The translations under genes and the position numbers were made by a program. From Candidatus Latescibacterota bacterium (lineage in GTDB: Bacteria > Latescibacterota > UBA2968 > SICM01): DNA of 64,000 nt. Positions 11,971 to 20,971 of the stretch are shown here, in pieces (within the stretch, counting starts at the first letter, position 1; the number at the start of each line of letters is the position of its first letter). The notes beneath the pieces are model-generated. The model had not been told where the DNA came from and did not search any database. It saw nothing but the letters and a program-made list of their open reading frames with translations. The stretch is from positions 4,704,001 to 4,768,000 of the forward strand of contig CBDCJO010000002.1 of the NCBI GenBank assembly GCA_965217865.1, written 5' to 3'.

Positions 11971-12929
11971 CGAGAATGGCCCTTTCGACCGATCACCTCA
12001 CGTGCCGCTCCGGCAATCTCCGCCGATGTAAGCCCGTAAGCCTGCAACAGCTCAAGTCCCTTGCCGGACTCGGCAAAACAGTCCTTCAAACCGATCCTTC
12101 TCATCGGGACAGGGGTTTGCTCCACCAGGACTTCAGCAACGGCGCTGCCCAGGCCCCCAATGATGTTGTGTTCCTCGGCCGTAACGACCGCACCGGTCTC
12201 TTCCGCGCATTTAGAGATCAGTTCCCCGTCCACGGGTTTGATCGTGGCCATGTTGACAACACGTGCCCGGATGCCTTCTGCGTCGAGGATGTCACGGGCA
12301 TCGAGCGCGATGTTCACCATAAACCCACACGCGATGAGGGTCACATCGTCCCCATCGGCCAGGAGGTCACCTTTTCCGGTCTGGAAATCATAAGTGTCAT
12401 CATAAAGGACAGGAAATTTCTCCCGAGAACCCCGGATGAAAACGGGCCCGGGGATGTCTACGGCGGCAGCAACGGCCTTTCCCATTTCCGTGGCATCAGC
12501 CGGGACGATAACAGTGAGATTTGGAAGGGATCGGACGGCCCCGATGTCCTCCACGGACTGCTGTGAAACCCCGTCGTCCCCCACGGTTATTCCGCCATGG
12601 CTGACCACGGCCTTGACCGGGAGGTTGGGATAGCAGACCACCTGGCGAAAGGGCTCCAGGGCCCGGCAGAAAAAGATCGCGAAGGTCGAGAAGAAGGGGA
12701 CCTTGCCGGTCGCCGCAAACCCAGCGGCCGTGCCGACCATATCCTGTTCAGAGATCCCCATATTGAAGAACCGGTCCGGGAACTTTTCTCCGAATTTTCC
12801 GGTCCGGGTGGAGGTTGAAAGATCGGCATCCAGCACCACGATATCGGGATTGTCCCTCGCAAGCTCGATTAAGGTCTCGGCGTACCTGTCGCGAGGAGCG
12901 ACCATCTCACCTCGGATGGCTGTGCTCAA
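11967..12929 (-). CDS. tkt: Transketolase C-terminal subunit (pyrimidine-binding + C-terminal domains)
   Basis: LDADL, FFNMGISEQ, GDDGVSQQSVED, EEHNIIGGLGSAV. Confidence 0.9.
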   Translation of the reverse strand: MSTAIRGEMVAPRDRYAETLIELARDNPDIVVLDADLSTSTRTGKFGEKFPDRFFNMGISEQDMVGTAAGFAATGKVPFFSTFAIFFCRALEPFRQVVCYPNLPVKAVVSHGGITVGDDGVSQQSVEDIGAVRSLPNLTVIVPADATEMGKAVAAAVDIPGPVFIRGSREKFPVLYDDTYDFQTGKGDLLADGDDVTLIACGFMVNIALDARDILDAEGIRARVVNMATIKPVDGELISKCAEETGAVVTAEEHNIIGGLGSAVAEVLVEQTPVPMRRIGLKDCFAESGKGLELLQAYGLTSAEIAGAAREVIGRKGHSR

Positions 12930-12985
12930 TTTGTACTCCTTATCGGTTTGGCATTCAAGTATACGGTCGGCTAGGCGTTGAACTC

Positions 12986-13816
12986 TTAAACGTGTTCAAG
13001 TTCCTTGAGGGCTACTGCGAGCTCATCGTCGGTCGGCGAGACCCCGTGGTACTTTGGATTGTTCGCGAAGATGGAGACGCCGCCCCCTTTGATGGTCTGG
13101 GCGATAATGGCCGTTGGTTTTCCCTTTATTGTCTCGGCTTGATCCAGGGCGTGGATCACCTGGGCGATGTCGTGGCCGTCGATGTCGATCACGTTCCAAC
13201 CGAAGGCCTTCCATTTGTCCGCCAAAGGTTCCAGGTTCATGATGTTCTCGACGAATCCATCCTGTTGGATCCTGTTCCGGTCGGCGATTACACACAGGTT
13301 GTCCGACCGGTAATGCGCAGCGCTCATGGCCCCCTCCCAGACCATACCCTCCTCCATCTCACCATCGCCAAGAACTGCGTAGACCCGAGCATCCTTTTCG
13401 TCCAGTCGAAGTCCGAGGGACATGCCGTGAGCAACGGAAAGGCCCTGCCCCAGCGAACCGGTGGACATCTCGATACCCGGGAGGTCGATCATGCTCGGGT
13501 GACCCTGGAGACGGGAATTTTGCTTTCGAAGGGTCATCAATTCCGATCGGGGAAAATAGCCGACCTTGGCCATAATCGCATACAGCGCAGGAACGCCGTG
13601 TCCCTTAGACAACACCAATCGATCACGGTCCTCCCATTTCGGCTCCTGGGGCCGAAATCGCAGTTTGGCAAAGAAGAGCGCCACAAGGATTTCTACTGCG
13701 GAGAGGGACCCTCCGATGTGCCCGGATCCCGCGGCGTTCAGCATTTTGAGTATATCGATCCGGAGTTCGCGGGCAATATTTCCCAGTTCTTTAAGTTTTT
13801 CGTCGGATATAGGCAT
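12986..13816 (-). CDS. tkt: Transketolase N-terminal (TPP-binding) subunit
   Basis: SGHIGGSLS, DRLVLSKGH, LQGHP, TGSLGQG, GDGEMEEG, DGHD. Confidence 0.93.
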   Translation of the reverse strand: MPISDEKLKELGNIARELRIDILKMLNAAGSGHIGGSLSAVEILVALFFAKLRFRPQEPKWEDRDRLVLSKGHGVPALYAIMAKVGYFPRSELMTLRKQNSRLQGHPSMIDLPGIEMSTGSLGQGLSVAHGMSLGLRLDEKDARVYAVLGDGEMEEGMVWEGAMSAAHYRSDNLCVIADRNRIQQDGFVENIMNLEPLADKWKAFGWNVIDIDGHDIAQVIHALDQAETIKGKPTAIIAQTIKGGGVSIFANNPKYHGVSPTDDELAVALKELEHV

Positions 13817-13847
13817 CGCTCCCCCAATTGGCTCACAACTGCAATAT

Positions 13848-13895
13848 CTACTATATATTGATGGGTATTTGATGTTTCTGGACGATATATAGTGT
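13848..13895. promoter_or_regulatory. Tandem NrdR-box-like palindromes upstream of transketolase
   Basis: CTACTATATATTGATG (13848-13863) and GGACGATATATAGTGT (13880-13895), 32 bp apart. Confidence 0.7.
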
Positions 13896-14051
13896 TAGAA
13901 TATATTCAAATCCCATTCCGAAAGCAATGAAAATGTTTCTTGTCTTTTCTCCTTTAGATACCTATATTTAGAGACTTTTTCGGGTTCCATTTCCCCGGAA
14001 TCCTTTTCGATTTCCCCACCGAGTCTCCCTGAAATCCCCGTTGCTTTTCGG

Positions 14052-15491
14052 ATGTCATCAATATTTTCCCTCCTCAATCAGCTGGGATCAGAGCAGATCG
14101 ATCTCAAACGTCAGATCGTTCTCTCCCTTTACCAGAATCCGTTCTTGAATACTGAAGTCGAAGCCCTGTCCCTGCGCTTTGCACATCCTTCCGGGGTGGT
14201 AAGCAGGATCCTGGACGATCTCTGTGGCCGAGAGATCCTGGTACAGACCGGTTGGGGAGGATTGGGGCTTTCCCCATCTCCGGATATCTATGGCCATGTG
14301 GTTACCATGGCGAAGGAATGCGGGGTAGAGGAGGCCTCCCTCAGGAAGCAGATCTACGAATTGGAGACGACTGAACGTCTGAAGCAAAAACTGGCGGTGT
14401 CGAAACAGGAGGTGGAGGCCATCCTGGATATCGTTCCCGCGGGTGTCATGATCTTCGATCGGAACGGATCCCTCGTCAAGTCCAGTCGGGCGGCGTGGAA
14501 TATTCTGGGATTGAAGGAGGCACGGATGAGGGAGAAGGGGATATGGGAAGAGCTGGGCGTCTCGGAAAAGGCGGTCGAAGGGGCTTCGGACCAAACGCTT
14601 CCAGAGCTTTTGGGGGAAACGAAAGAACGACGTTGGGAGCTGGAGCGGGATCCCCCGGTGGAGATCGTGGCCCGGCCTTTTTCATTGGGGCCGGAGGGAA
14701 AGGGAATCATTCTCACTGTCAGGGATATTTCTGTACGGCGTGCAGCTGAGGAAGCAGCGGCCAGGCTTCGAGGGGATTTTTTCTCGATGATCCGACACGA
14801 ACTTATCAAACCCTTAATCGGAATCGAACGTGCCATAGGGAGTTTCGGGGGAAACGTCCTGTTGGATGAGTCGGAACGTGACGGTCTTTTCGATAACGCC
14901 CGTGCGGGGTTGAAGCGGATCAAGTCTATGATCGATGACATGCTTCTTCTGGCCAGGCTTGAGCGAGATCCGATGGCCGTCTCCCCGGGAGATACCATTC
15001 TGCTGACCTTATTGCTTACCAGCGCCGAACTCACCTTTCGGGAAAGGGCTGCCGAGGGCGGATTGTGTTTAAAAAGCGAAATCCCTGATGATGATGTGGA
15101 GTTTATGGGGGATGAGAATCGCATTATGCAGGTCCTGGATAATCTGCTGGACAATGCCATCAAATTCACTCCGCCCGGAGGATTGATCGTGCTCACCGGG
15201 AAACGAAACCCGGGGGGGGAGTGGGTAGAGATTTCAGTATCCGATACCGGCATCGGTATTCATCCGTCGGAGAAGGACCGTATCTTTACGAAATTCTACC
15301 AGGTGGAGCAGGGACCCGATCGAAAAGTAGGACTGGGCCTGGGTCTGGCGATCTGTCAGGGGATCGTGTCGTCCCACGGAGGACGGATCGAGCTCGAGAG
15401 CGGGGCAGACTCCGGAACGACGGTGACGGTCCTGCTACCGGGGGATCAGATTAAACAGAAATCGGGAGTGAAGAGTCGGAATTCAGGATGA
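14052..15491 (+). CDS. Cytoplasmic PAS sensor histidine kinase
   Basis: PAS-like ILDIVPAGVMIFD, H-box RHELIKPL, N-box LDNLLDNAIKFT, DTGIGI, GLGLGL; no transmembrane helix. Confidence 0.9.
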   Translation: MSSIFSLLNQLGSEQIDLKRQIVLSLYQNPFLNTEVEALSLRFAHPSGVVSRILDDLCGREILVQTGWGGLGLSPSPDIYGHVVTMAKECGVEEASLRKQIYELETTERLKQKLAVSKQEVEAILDIVPAGVMIFDRNGSLVKSSRAAWNILGLKEARMREKGIWEELGVSEKAVEGASDQTLPELLGETKERRWELERDPPVEIVARPFSLGPEGKGIILTVRDISVRRAAEEAAARLRGDFFSMIRHELIKPLIGIERAIGSFGGNVLLDESERDGLFDNARAGLKRIKSMIDDMLLLARLERDPMAVSPGDTILLTLLLTSAELTFRERAAEGGLCLKSEIPDDDVEFMGDENRIMQVLDNLLDNAIKFTPPGGLIVLTGKRNPGGEWVEISVSDTGIGIHPSEKDRIFTKFYQVEQGPDRKVGLGLGLAICQGIVSSHGGRIELESGADSGTTVTVLLPGDQIKQKSGVKSRNSG

Positions 15492-15560
15492 ACGTCCTGC
15501 GTCCGGACTCGAATGTCGGTAACGAACCGCTTTGATTCTGGAAAAGGATGCGCTCGAGCC

Positions 15561-16238
15561 ATGAATCCCCAAACCATCTTGATCGTGGATGACGATCCGA
15601 GTACGCTCAGATTTCTTCACCAGCGTCTCCGGGTCGTTGCTGCGGAAGGCGGAAACGAAGCCCTCAAGAGGCTTGCAGAGGAAGAGATCGATCTGGTTCT
15701 ATTAGATGTTTCCATGCCGGATATCAGCGGTTACGAGGTCCGGGATCGAATGAAGAATGACCCTCAAAAAAGCCGTATTCCGGTGATGTTCTTGACGGTC
15801 ATGGACAGCCGCGAGGATGAAAGGAAAGGGCTCAAGGAAGGGGTGATCGATTATCTGAGCAAGGAGATTTTAACGCCGGACCGAATCGACCTCCTGATCT
15901 ATCGCATTCGCAACTTCTTCTCGTGGCAGGAAAATGAAAGGTTGCGGGGGATTCTTGCCACCATCGTGTCCGTAAACCACGAGATCAACAACCCGCTTAT
16001 GGTTATCCTTGCCGACACGCATCGGCTTGCCAGGTCGGAGAAACACAAGAAGGAGTTCAAGGAGCAGGGCATCCTGACCCATATCGAGGGAAAGTGTATG
16101 GAGATCAAACATTGCCTAAAGCGAATTTCGGACCTCAGCACGTGGGATTCAAAACCGTATGTGGAGGGTGTGGAGATGCTGAATCTTGGGATCGCTCCGG
16201 ATCGAGGCAAACCCCTAAGGTGGATCGTTTATGGATGA
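15561..16238 (+). CDS. Response regulator with C-terminal HisKA-like dimerisation helix
   Basis: ILIVDDD, LLDVSMP, IPVMFLT, DYLSK; then VNHEINNPL with no ATPase domain. Confidence 0.82.
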   Translation: MNPQTILIVDDDPSTLRFLHQRLRVVAAEGGNEALKRLAEEEIDLVLLDVSMPDISGYEVRDRMKNDPQKSRIPVMFLTVMDSREDERKGLKEGVIDYLSKEILTPDRIDLLIYRIRNFFSWQENERLRGILATIVSVNHEINNPLMVILADTHRLARSEKHKKEFKEQGILTHIEGKCMEIKHCLKRISDLSTWDSKPYVEGVEMLNLGIAPDRGKPLRWIVYG

Positions 16239-17268
16239 TATCGAAGATTTCATCAAACGTGCTTCTTGTTCGGAGACCGACGGTCGAGCCCGCATGAAGG
16301 CCGTTCATGTCCTCAAGTCTGCCAGCCTGTCGACACGGGACGCAGAGTCTCTTTGCGGTTTTCTCGAAAAGGCGGATGACCCGAATCACCGGGCCGCTGC
16401 GGCGCAGGTTCTGGGCCATCATCGGAAGGCGGGGTCCGATCCCGAAATCCTCGGTCACCTGATCGAGCGGTCCACGCGGGAGCGTGACCCGGGTGTTCTA
16501 AAAGCCATTGCCTTCGCCTTGAGGGGCCGAGATGAGGTATGTAGACTCCTGGAACATCCACGTCCGGAAGTAAGTCTTGAGGCGGTCTTCGGAGCCCCGC
16601 TGACAGGCCGTTCCCTGAAGGGTTTGCTGGGCCATTTCTTCCATTGTCGCGATGGAGCCCAGAAAGCAAAGATCGCGACCCGATTTCAAGGGGTGGGGAC
16701 GGCCGTGCTCAGGGAGATCGTCGAGTATCTTCACAGTGCGGAGCTCCCCGACGGTGGCGGAATTGCCGCGGATTTAGAGATCCTGCTGGAGACTTTTCCG
16801 CAAGAGGACATCTTCCCGATCGTAGCCGAGAAGGAAGGCGATATCAACGGCCTTCAAAACGGCCGAAGCTCCGGGTTCAAAGATCGCAGTCGAAGACGGA
16901 TGGTGATGGAAGTTTACCGAAAAGTGGTACTGGATTCCCCTTCGCTCGATCTTCTTATCGTCCTTTTGCGTCGGCTCAGGGACGAGGAGTCCTTTTATCA
17001 CGAAAACGTCCGATTTCTCCGGCAGATCTTCGGGAAGGTCATGACCCGGGATTGCAGAAGCCTTCTCGCTTGGTTTAAAAAGCTGGGGAAGGAAAGGCGG
17101 GGATCCCCTGTGCTGCGAATGGCCGAGATCCTATCGATCGTTTCCAGGGCCCATCCGAACATCAGGGGAGAGGCGAATATCCTTCTTAAGGCCTGGGCTC
17201 AGGAGACCCCTGAGGTCAATCTGCGAATCTACCACCTCAGGCTCCAGACGGCCAGGGGGGTGGGATAA
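16231..17268 (+). CDS. HEAT-repeat-like hypothetical protein
   Basis: RAAAAQVLG, ERDPGVLKAIAFAL helical repeats; overlaps the end of the regulator gene. Confidence 0.55.
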   Translation: MDDIEDFIKRASCSETDGRARMKAVHVLKSASLSTRDAESLCGFLEKADDPNHRAAAAQVLGHHRKAGSDPEILGHLIERSTRERDPGVLKAIAFALRGRDEVCRLLEHPRPEVSLEAVFGAPLTGRSLKGLLGHFFHCRDGAQKAKIATRFQGVGTAVLREIVEYLHSAELPDGGGIAADLEILLETFPQEDIFPIVAEKEGDINGLQNGRSSGFKDRSRRRMVMEVYRKVVLDSPSLDLLIVLLRRLRDEESFYHENVRFLRQIFGKVMTRDCRSLLAWFKKLGKERRGSPVLRMAEILSIVSRAHPNIRGEANILLKAWAQETPEVNLRIYHLRLQTARGVG

Positions 17269-17286
17269 AAGCGGGTTCACCAGCAT

Positions 17287-18486
17287 TTAGCGTCGGGCGT
17301 GATGGGAAACCGGGGAGGGACGGTACGGGACGCACAGGTGGGGTGTTTCGAGAGGTCCCTGGCCTTTCAGCCGGGAAATCAGGCAACACTCCAGGACGCC
17401 GCTGACCAGGAGAGTGCGTTCGGCGGGAAACGGCGCCCGACCTGTTTCAAACATTTCTTCGATCTTGGCCACCAAGCAAGCGGAGTAATCCACGTTTGGA
17501 TTTGGTGTCAGGAAGAACTGGGTGGAGACCGGGCGGGGTTCCCCCCTGAGGCGAGCGGCGAAGCAGAAATCCTTAATGCCGCCGCTGAGCATTAGAAGTG
17601 TGGCCTTGAGGCCGTCGTTATATTCGATAAAGTAAGCAGCTGGATTTTTGACAAGTTTGGGCAACTCTCCGTTGCCTAATAGATCCTGAGTCCGGCCGTC
17701 TATCTCTGTGAGGCCGCAAGGAGAGTCGCACCTCGAGAGGGCGGCTTCCAGCAATGACCCGGACCAGCGTCCGTTTTTTTCAGCCCTCCACACATCATCT
17801 CCCTCGATCATCTCCACAGCACGCACCCCGGTTTCCCCCCCTCTCCGTCGTTCGACCATACACTGCATGGCCTCCAGGGCGTGGTAGTCCATCGCATCGG
17901 AACCGCCGATGCCCACCGTTAGGGCCTCCTCGATTTCGCATCCGAGGGGCAATTCCAGGTCGGGGAGGCGCCAGGTCACCGGGAGGGAAGAACCCGCCAG
18001 GAGAGGGAAACCGAGCCGGTGGGCGTCGTCCACCATCTCGCGTGCCTTTTCGAAGCTGTATGAGAGATGTTTGTCGTTGTAGACGGGAACCGAGGCACCA
18101 TCGTCTTCAAAGACTTTCACACACGCCTTGAAAAGTTCGTGTCGGGGATAGAGCTTCTGCCCGATTCTGTTGACCGGGTAATCGCCGTGTTCTCCGATGA
18201 TCAGCACGGCATTGACCGCGAGGCGGTTTCCTCCGCAGCGGAGGGTTTCGGCGATTGTGGGATAGACCGTAAAACAGAACTCACGAGCCCGGTCGGTGCT
18301 CTGATCACCCTCGGTCCTCTGGTCCACATAGAGGGACACCACCTTCGCGTTGGGCCGATGCCACTTACCTTCGTATGGATAACCGACAAGGAAGCGGTCT
18401 CCGAAATGCTGTGCGTGCTTCAGGTGGCGATAGACCGTAGCGACGATCGCGATCCGTTTTTTCGGTGTATCGGGATCGGGTTTCAC
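17287..18486 (-). CDS. Uncharacterised conserved protein, distant Gfo/Idh/MocA-like oxidoreductase (paralog 2)
   Basis: Shares motifs with the upstream gene: VSLYVDQ, IGEHGDYP, NDKHLS, AGSSLPVTWR, HALE.MQCMVERR.GGE.GV, ERTLL. Confidence 0.65.
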   Translation of the reverse strand: MKPDPDTPKKRIAIVATVYRHLKHAQHFGDRFLVGYPYEGKWHRPNAKVVSLYVDQRTEGDQSTDRAREFCFTVYPTIAETLRCGGNRLAVNAVLIIGEHGDYPVNRIGQKLYPRHELFKACVKVFEDDGASVPVYNDKHLSYSFEKAREMVDDAHRLGFPLLAGSSLPVTWRLPDLELPLGCEIEEALTVGIGGSDAMDYHALEAMQCMVERRRGGETGVRAVEMIEGDDVWRAEKNGRWSGSLLEAALSRCDSPCGLTEIDGRTQDLLGNGELPKLVKNPAAYFIEYNDGLKATLLMLSGGIKDFCFAARLRGEPRPVSTQFFLTPNPNVDYSACLVAKIEEMFETGRAPFPAERTLLVSGVLECCLISRLKGQGPLETPHLCVPYRPSPVSHHARR

Positions 18487-18537
18487 GACTTTATCTCTAA
18501 ATTTTGTTTGGAACCGGAAAAGGATATCGCCTTTACC

Positions 18538-19779
18538 TCAAGCCCTCCAGAAGGTCGATTCCTCGGTGGGCTGATAGGAGATATCCAGATGCGGGGTTTC
18601 TTGTTGGTCCCCGTCTTGATATAGACTCTCCACACCCGCAGCCACAAGACCGGTGGTCAACAGGGTTCGTTCCACCGGATAGGACGGTTTGCCGCTCAGG
18701 AACATCTTTTCCACGTGATTCACCTGTGGGGAAAAGAAGTTGGCAAGGGTGGTTCGAACCGGTGGCATGGGGAGGTAGAACTGGGTGGAAAGGGGCTCTG
18801 AACGATCCTCGAGATGGGCCGCGAAGTTGAAGTCCTCGACCAAACCATTCATCATGATGGCGGTAGACTTGACGCCATCCAAATGCTCGTATTGGAACGC
18901 GATGGGGTCCGCCACGATCGCTTTCATTTCATCGCCTGTTGGAAAGATGTGGTTGAACCCCTCCCTGGCCGGTGTAAGGGTGTGACTCCGGCAGAGTGCA
19001 GCTTCGAATAACGCCCGCGACCATCTTTCTTCGTGATGGGCTTTCCAGAACTCCGCACCCCGGTAAGCCTTGAGCCAACGGACGCCTTTCTCCCCCCCAT
19101 CCCTCCGTTCCACCATGCACTGGAGCGTTTCGAAGGCGTGGAAATCGTAGGAATCGACCCCCCCATACGCCACGGTAAGGGCCTCCCGGACGCCGGCGTT
19201 CATTGGCAGATCGATAGGGGGGGTGCGCCACGTGACCGGAAGGGATGAGCCTGCCATGAACGGGAAGCCAATTTCCAGAGAAGTGTCGTACATCTCACGC
19301 GCCCACGACCAGTTCCACGACAGATGTTTGTCGTTGAACACGGGGGCTGTACGACCGCTGTCTCTGAAAACCTGCACGATTTCCTTGAAGAACTCGAAGC
19401 GCGGATACAGGCACTGGCCTTTATCGTTCTGGGGATAATCTCCGTGTTCCCCGATTAAAAGGACACCGTCTACAGCGAGATTGTCCCCTCCCAGGGTCAG
19501 GGCTTCAGCGATTGTCGGATAGATCTTCAGAACGGGAAAGCGCCCTGCACGCTCTCCGCTCAGATCGTTGTCACCCACCTGGTCGACATAAAGCGAGACC
19601 AGGTCCATGGGCGGCCGGTGGTGCCTGCCTTCCCAACCGTAGCCCTCCAGGAAACGGTCGAGGATGTGCTGGGCGTGGGACAGATGACGGTAGATCGTGG
19701 CGATCGCCGCGATTTTGAGACGTTCTTTCAAACCGGATGTCTTTCTTGAACTGGAAGACAACGGCCCATCCGTCGGCAC
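18538..19779 (-). CDS. Uncharacterised conserved protein, distant Gfo/Idh/MocA-like oxidoreductase (paralog 1)
   Basis: Same motif set as 17287-18486 (NDKHLS, YDFHAFE, CMVERR). Confidence 0.65.
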   Translation of the reverse strand: MPTDGPLSSSSRKTSGLKERLKIAAIATIYRHLSHAQHILDRFLEGYGWEGRHHRPPMDLVSLYVDQVGDNDLSGERAGRFPVLKIYPTIAEALTLGGDNLAVDGVLLIGEHGDYPQNDKGQCLYPRFEFFKEIVQVFRDSGRTAPVFNDKHLSWNWSWAREMYDTSLEIGFPFMAGSSLPVTWRTPPIDLPMNAGVREALTVAYGGVDSYDFHAFETLQCMVERRDGGEKGVRWLKAYRGAEFWKAHHEERWSRALFEAALCRSHTLTPAREGFNHIFPTGDEMKAIVADPIAFQYEHLDGVKSTAIMMNGLVEDFNFAAHLEDRSEPLSTQFYLPMPPVRTTLANFFSPQVNHVEKMFLSGKPSYPVERTLLTTGLVAAGVESLYQDGDQQETPHLDISYQPTEESTFWRA

Positions 19780-19789
19780 CGCCGCCAGG

Positions 19790-20938
19790 TTAAAGGATCT
19801 GCTCGTTCGGTACGATGGTGGCCTTGAGACAACTCATGGCCATCGCGCTTTTAGTTGCCTCCAGCAAGCCCTCTTCAGTAAACGGAAACCTGGCCTGTAT
19901 TTTTTCCCACGCGTATCGATCCTGTATCCGGCCCAACATGCTGATGGCAAGGGGTATATCGTCAGGTTTGAAAGCCCAGCTGCCCAGCAGGTTGATATCT
20001 TTGAGGCAGATCCGATGCCAGTTCGTTTCGATCGAGCCGGAATCTGTGAACTGGCCCATCTCGACGTAGGTCCCGCCGTCCCTGAGCATCTCGATACCCT
20101 CAGGACCGGCGGAGGGGTGTCCGCTGCAATCGACGACCAGATCTGCCCCAAACCCGCCGACCTCCTGCCGGACCGCCTCGATCCGGTCTTTTGGCGTGGT
20201 ATGGGACTCGATCGAAACGGTTGCGTGGGCGCCGAATTCACGGCAAAGGTCGAGTCGCGGTTTTTCCGGTGCGCCGACAACGACAACCCTTCCCGCCCCC
20301 ATTTCCCGAGCGGCGACAAGGGTGAGCAGACCAATGGGTCCGGAACCCTGGATCACCACGACATCACCTACCCGGAAGCCCCCGCAAGAGACCGCACGAT
20401 TCAAAGCTCGAATGCAGGAGGTCAGGGGCTCGGACAGGGAGCCGATCATCAACGGCATGGCATCCGGCAAACGGTAGATTTTGGTCGCCGGCAACGCCTC
20501 AAGATCCACGTATACCATTTCCGCCCATCCTCCCCAGAGGTGCGGGGGCTTTTCGAATGGGAGGTAGCGTCCATAATAGGTGGGATTGAGACATCGATTG
20601 GCGTGTGCCGGATAATGGACACAGTAGTGACACACACCGCAGGACATCAGGGGGGGGAGCATGACCTTGCATCCCACCCTCAGGGGAACCCCCATATAGT
20701 CCTGTTCCAGACCGTTCCCTTTTTCGACGATCACCCCGGCCAATTCGTGACCCAGGGTAAACGGCCAGGGGAGGGGGCGGGGCCAGTGCCCCTTGAGGAT
20801 GTGCAGGTCGGTTCCGCACACACCACACGCCCCGATCTGTATCAGCGCAGCCTTGTCTGGAACATCCGGCCGATGCACGCTCCTGATCTGAGGTCTTGCA
20901 CCCGGACCGGAATATGTAGCGACGCGAACTGTCTGCAT
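19790..20938 (-). CDS. Zinc-dependent medium-chain alcohol dehydrogenase
   Basis: GVCGTDLH, GHE, structural Zn CGVCHYC...C, GSGPIG. Confidence 0.9.
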   Translation of the reverse strand: MQTVRVATYSGPGARPQIRSVHRPDVPDKAALIQIGACGVCGTDLHILKGHWPRPLPWPFTLGHELAGVIVEKGNGLEQDYMGVPLRVGCKVMLPPLMSCGVCHYCVHYPAHANRCLNPTYYGRYLPFEKPPHLWGGWAEMVYVDLEALPATKIYRLPDAMPLMIGSLSEPLTSCIRALNRAVSCGGFRVGDVVVIQGSGPIGLLTLVAAREMGAGRVVVVGAPEKPRLDLCREFGAHATVSIESHTTPKDRIEAVRQEVGGFGADLVVDCSGHPSAGPEGIEMLRDGGTYVEMGQFTDSGSIETNWHRICLKDINLLGSWAFKPDDIPLAISMLGRIQDRYAWEKIQARFPFTEEGLLEATKSAMAMSCLKATIVPNEQIL

Positions 20939-20971
20939 ATTTTCTTTCCCACCCAGAAAGAATATGACCCC

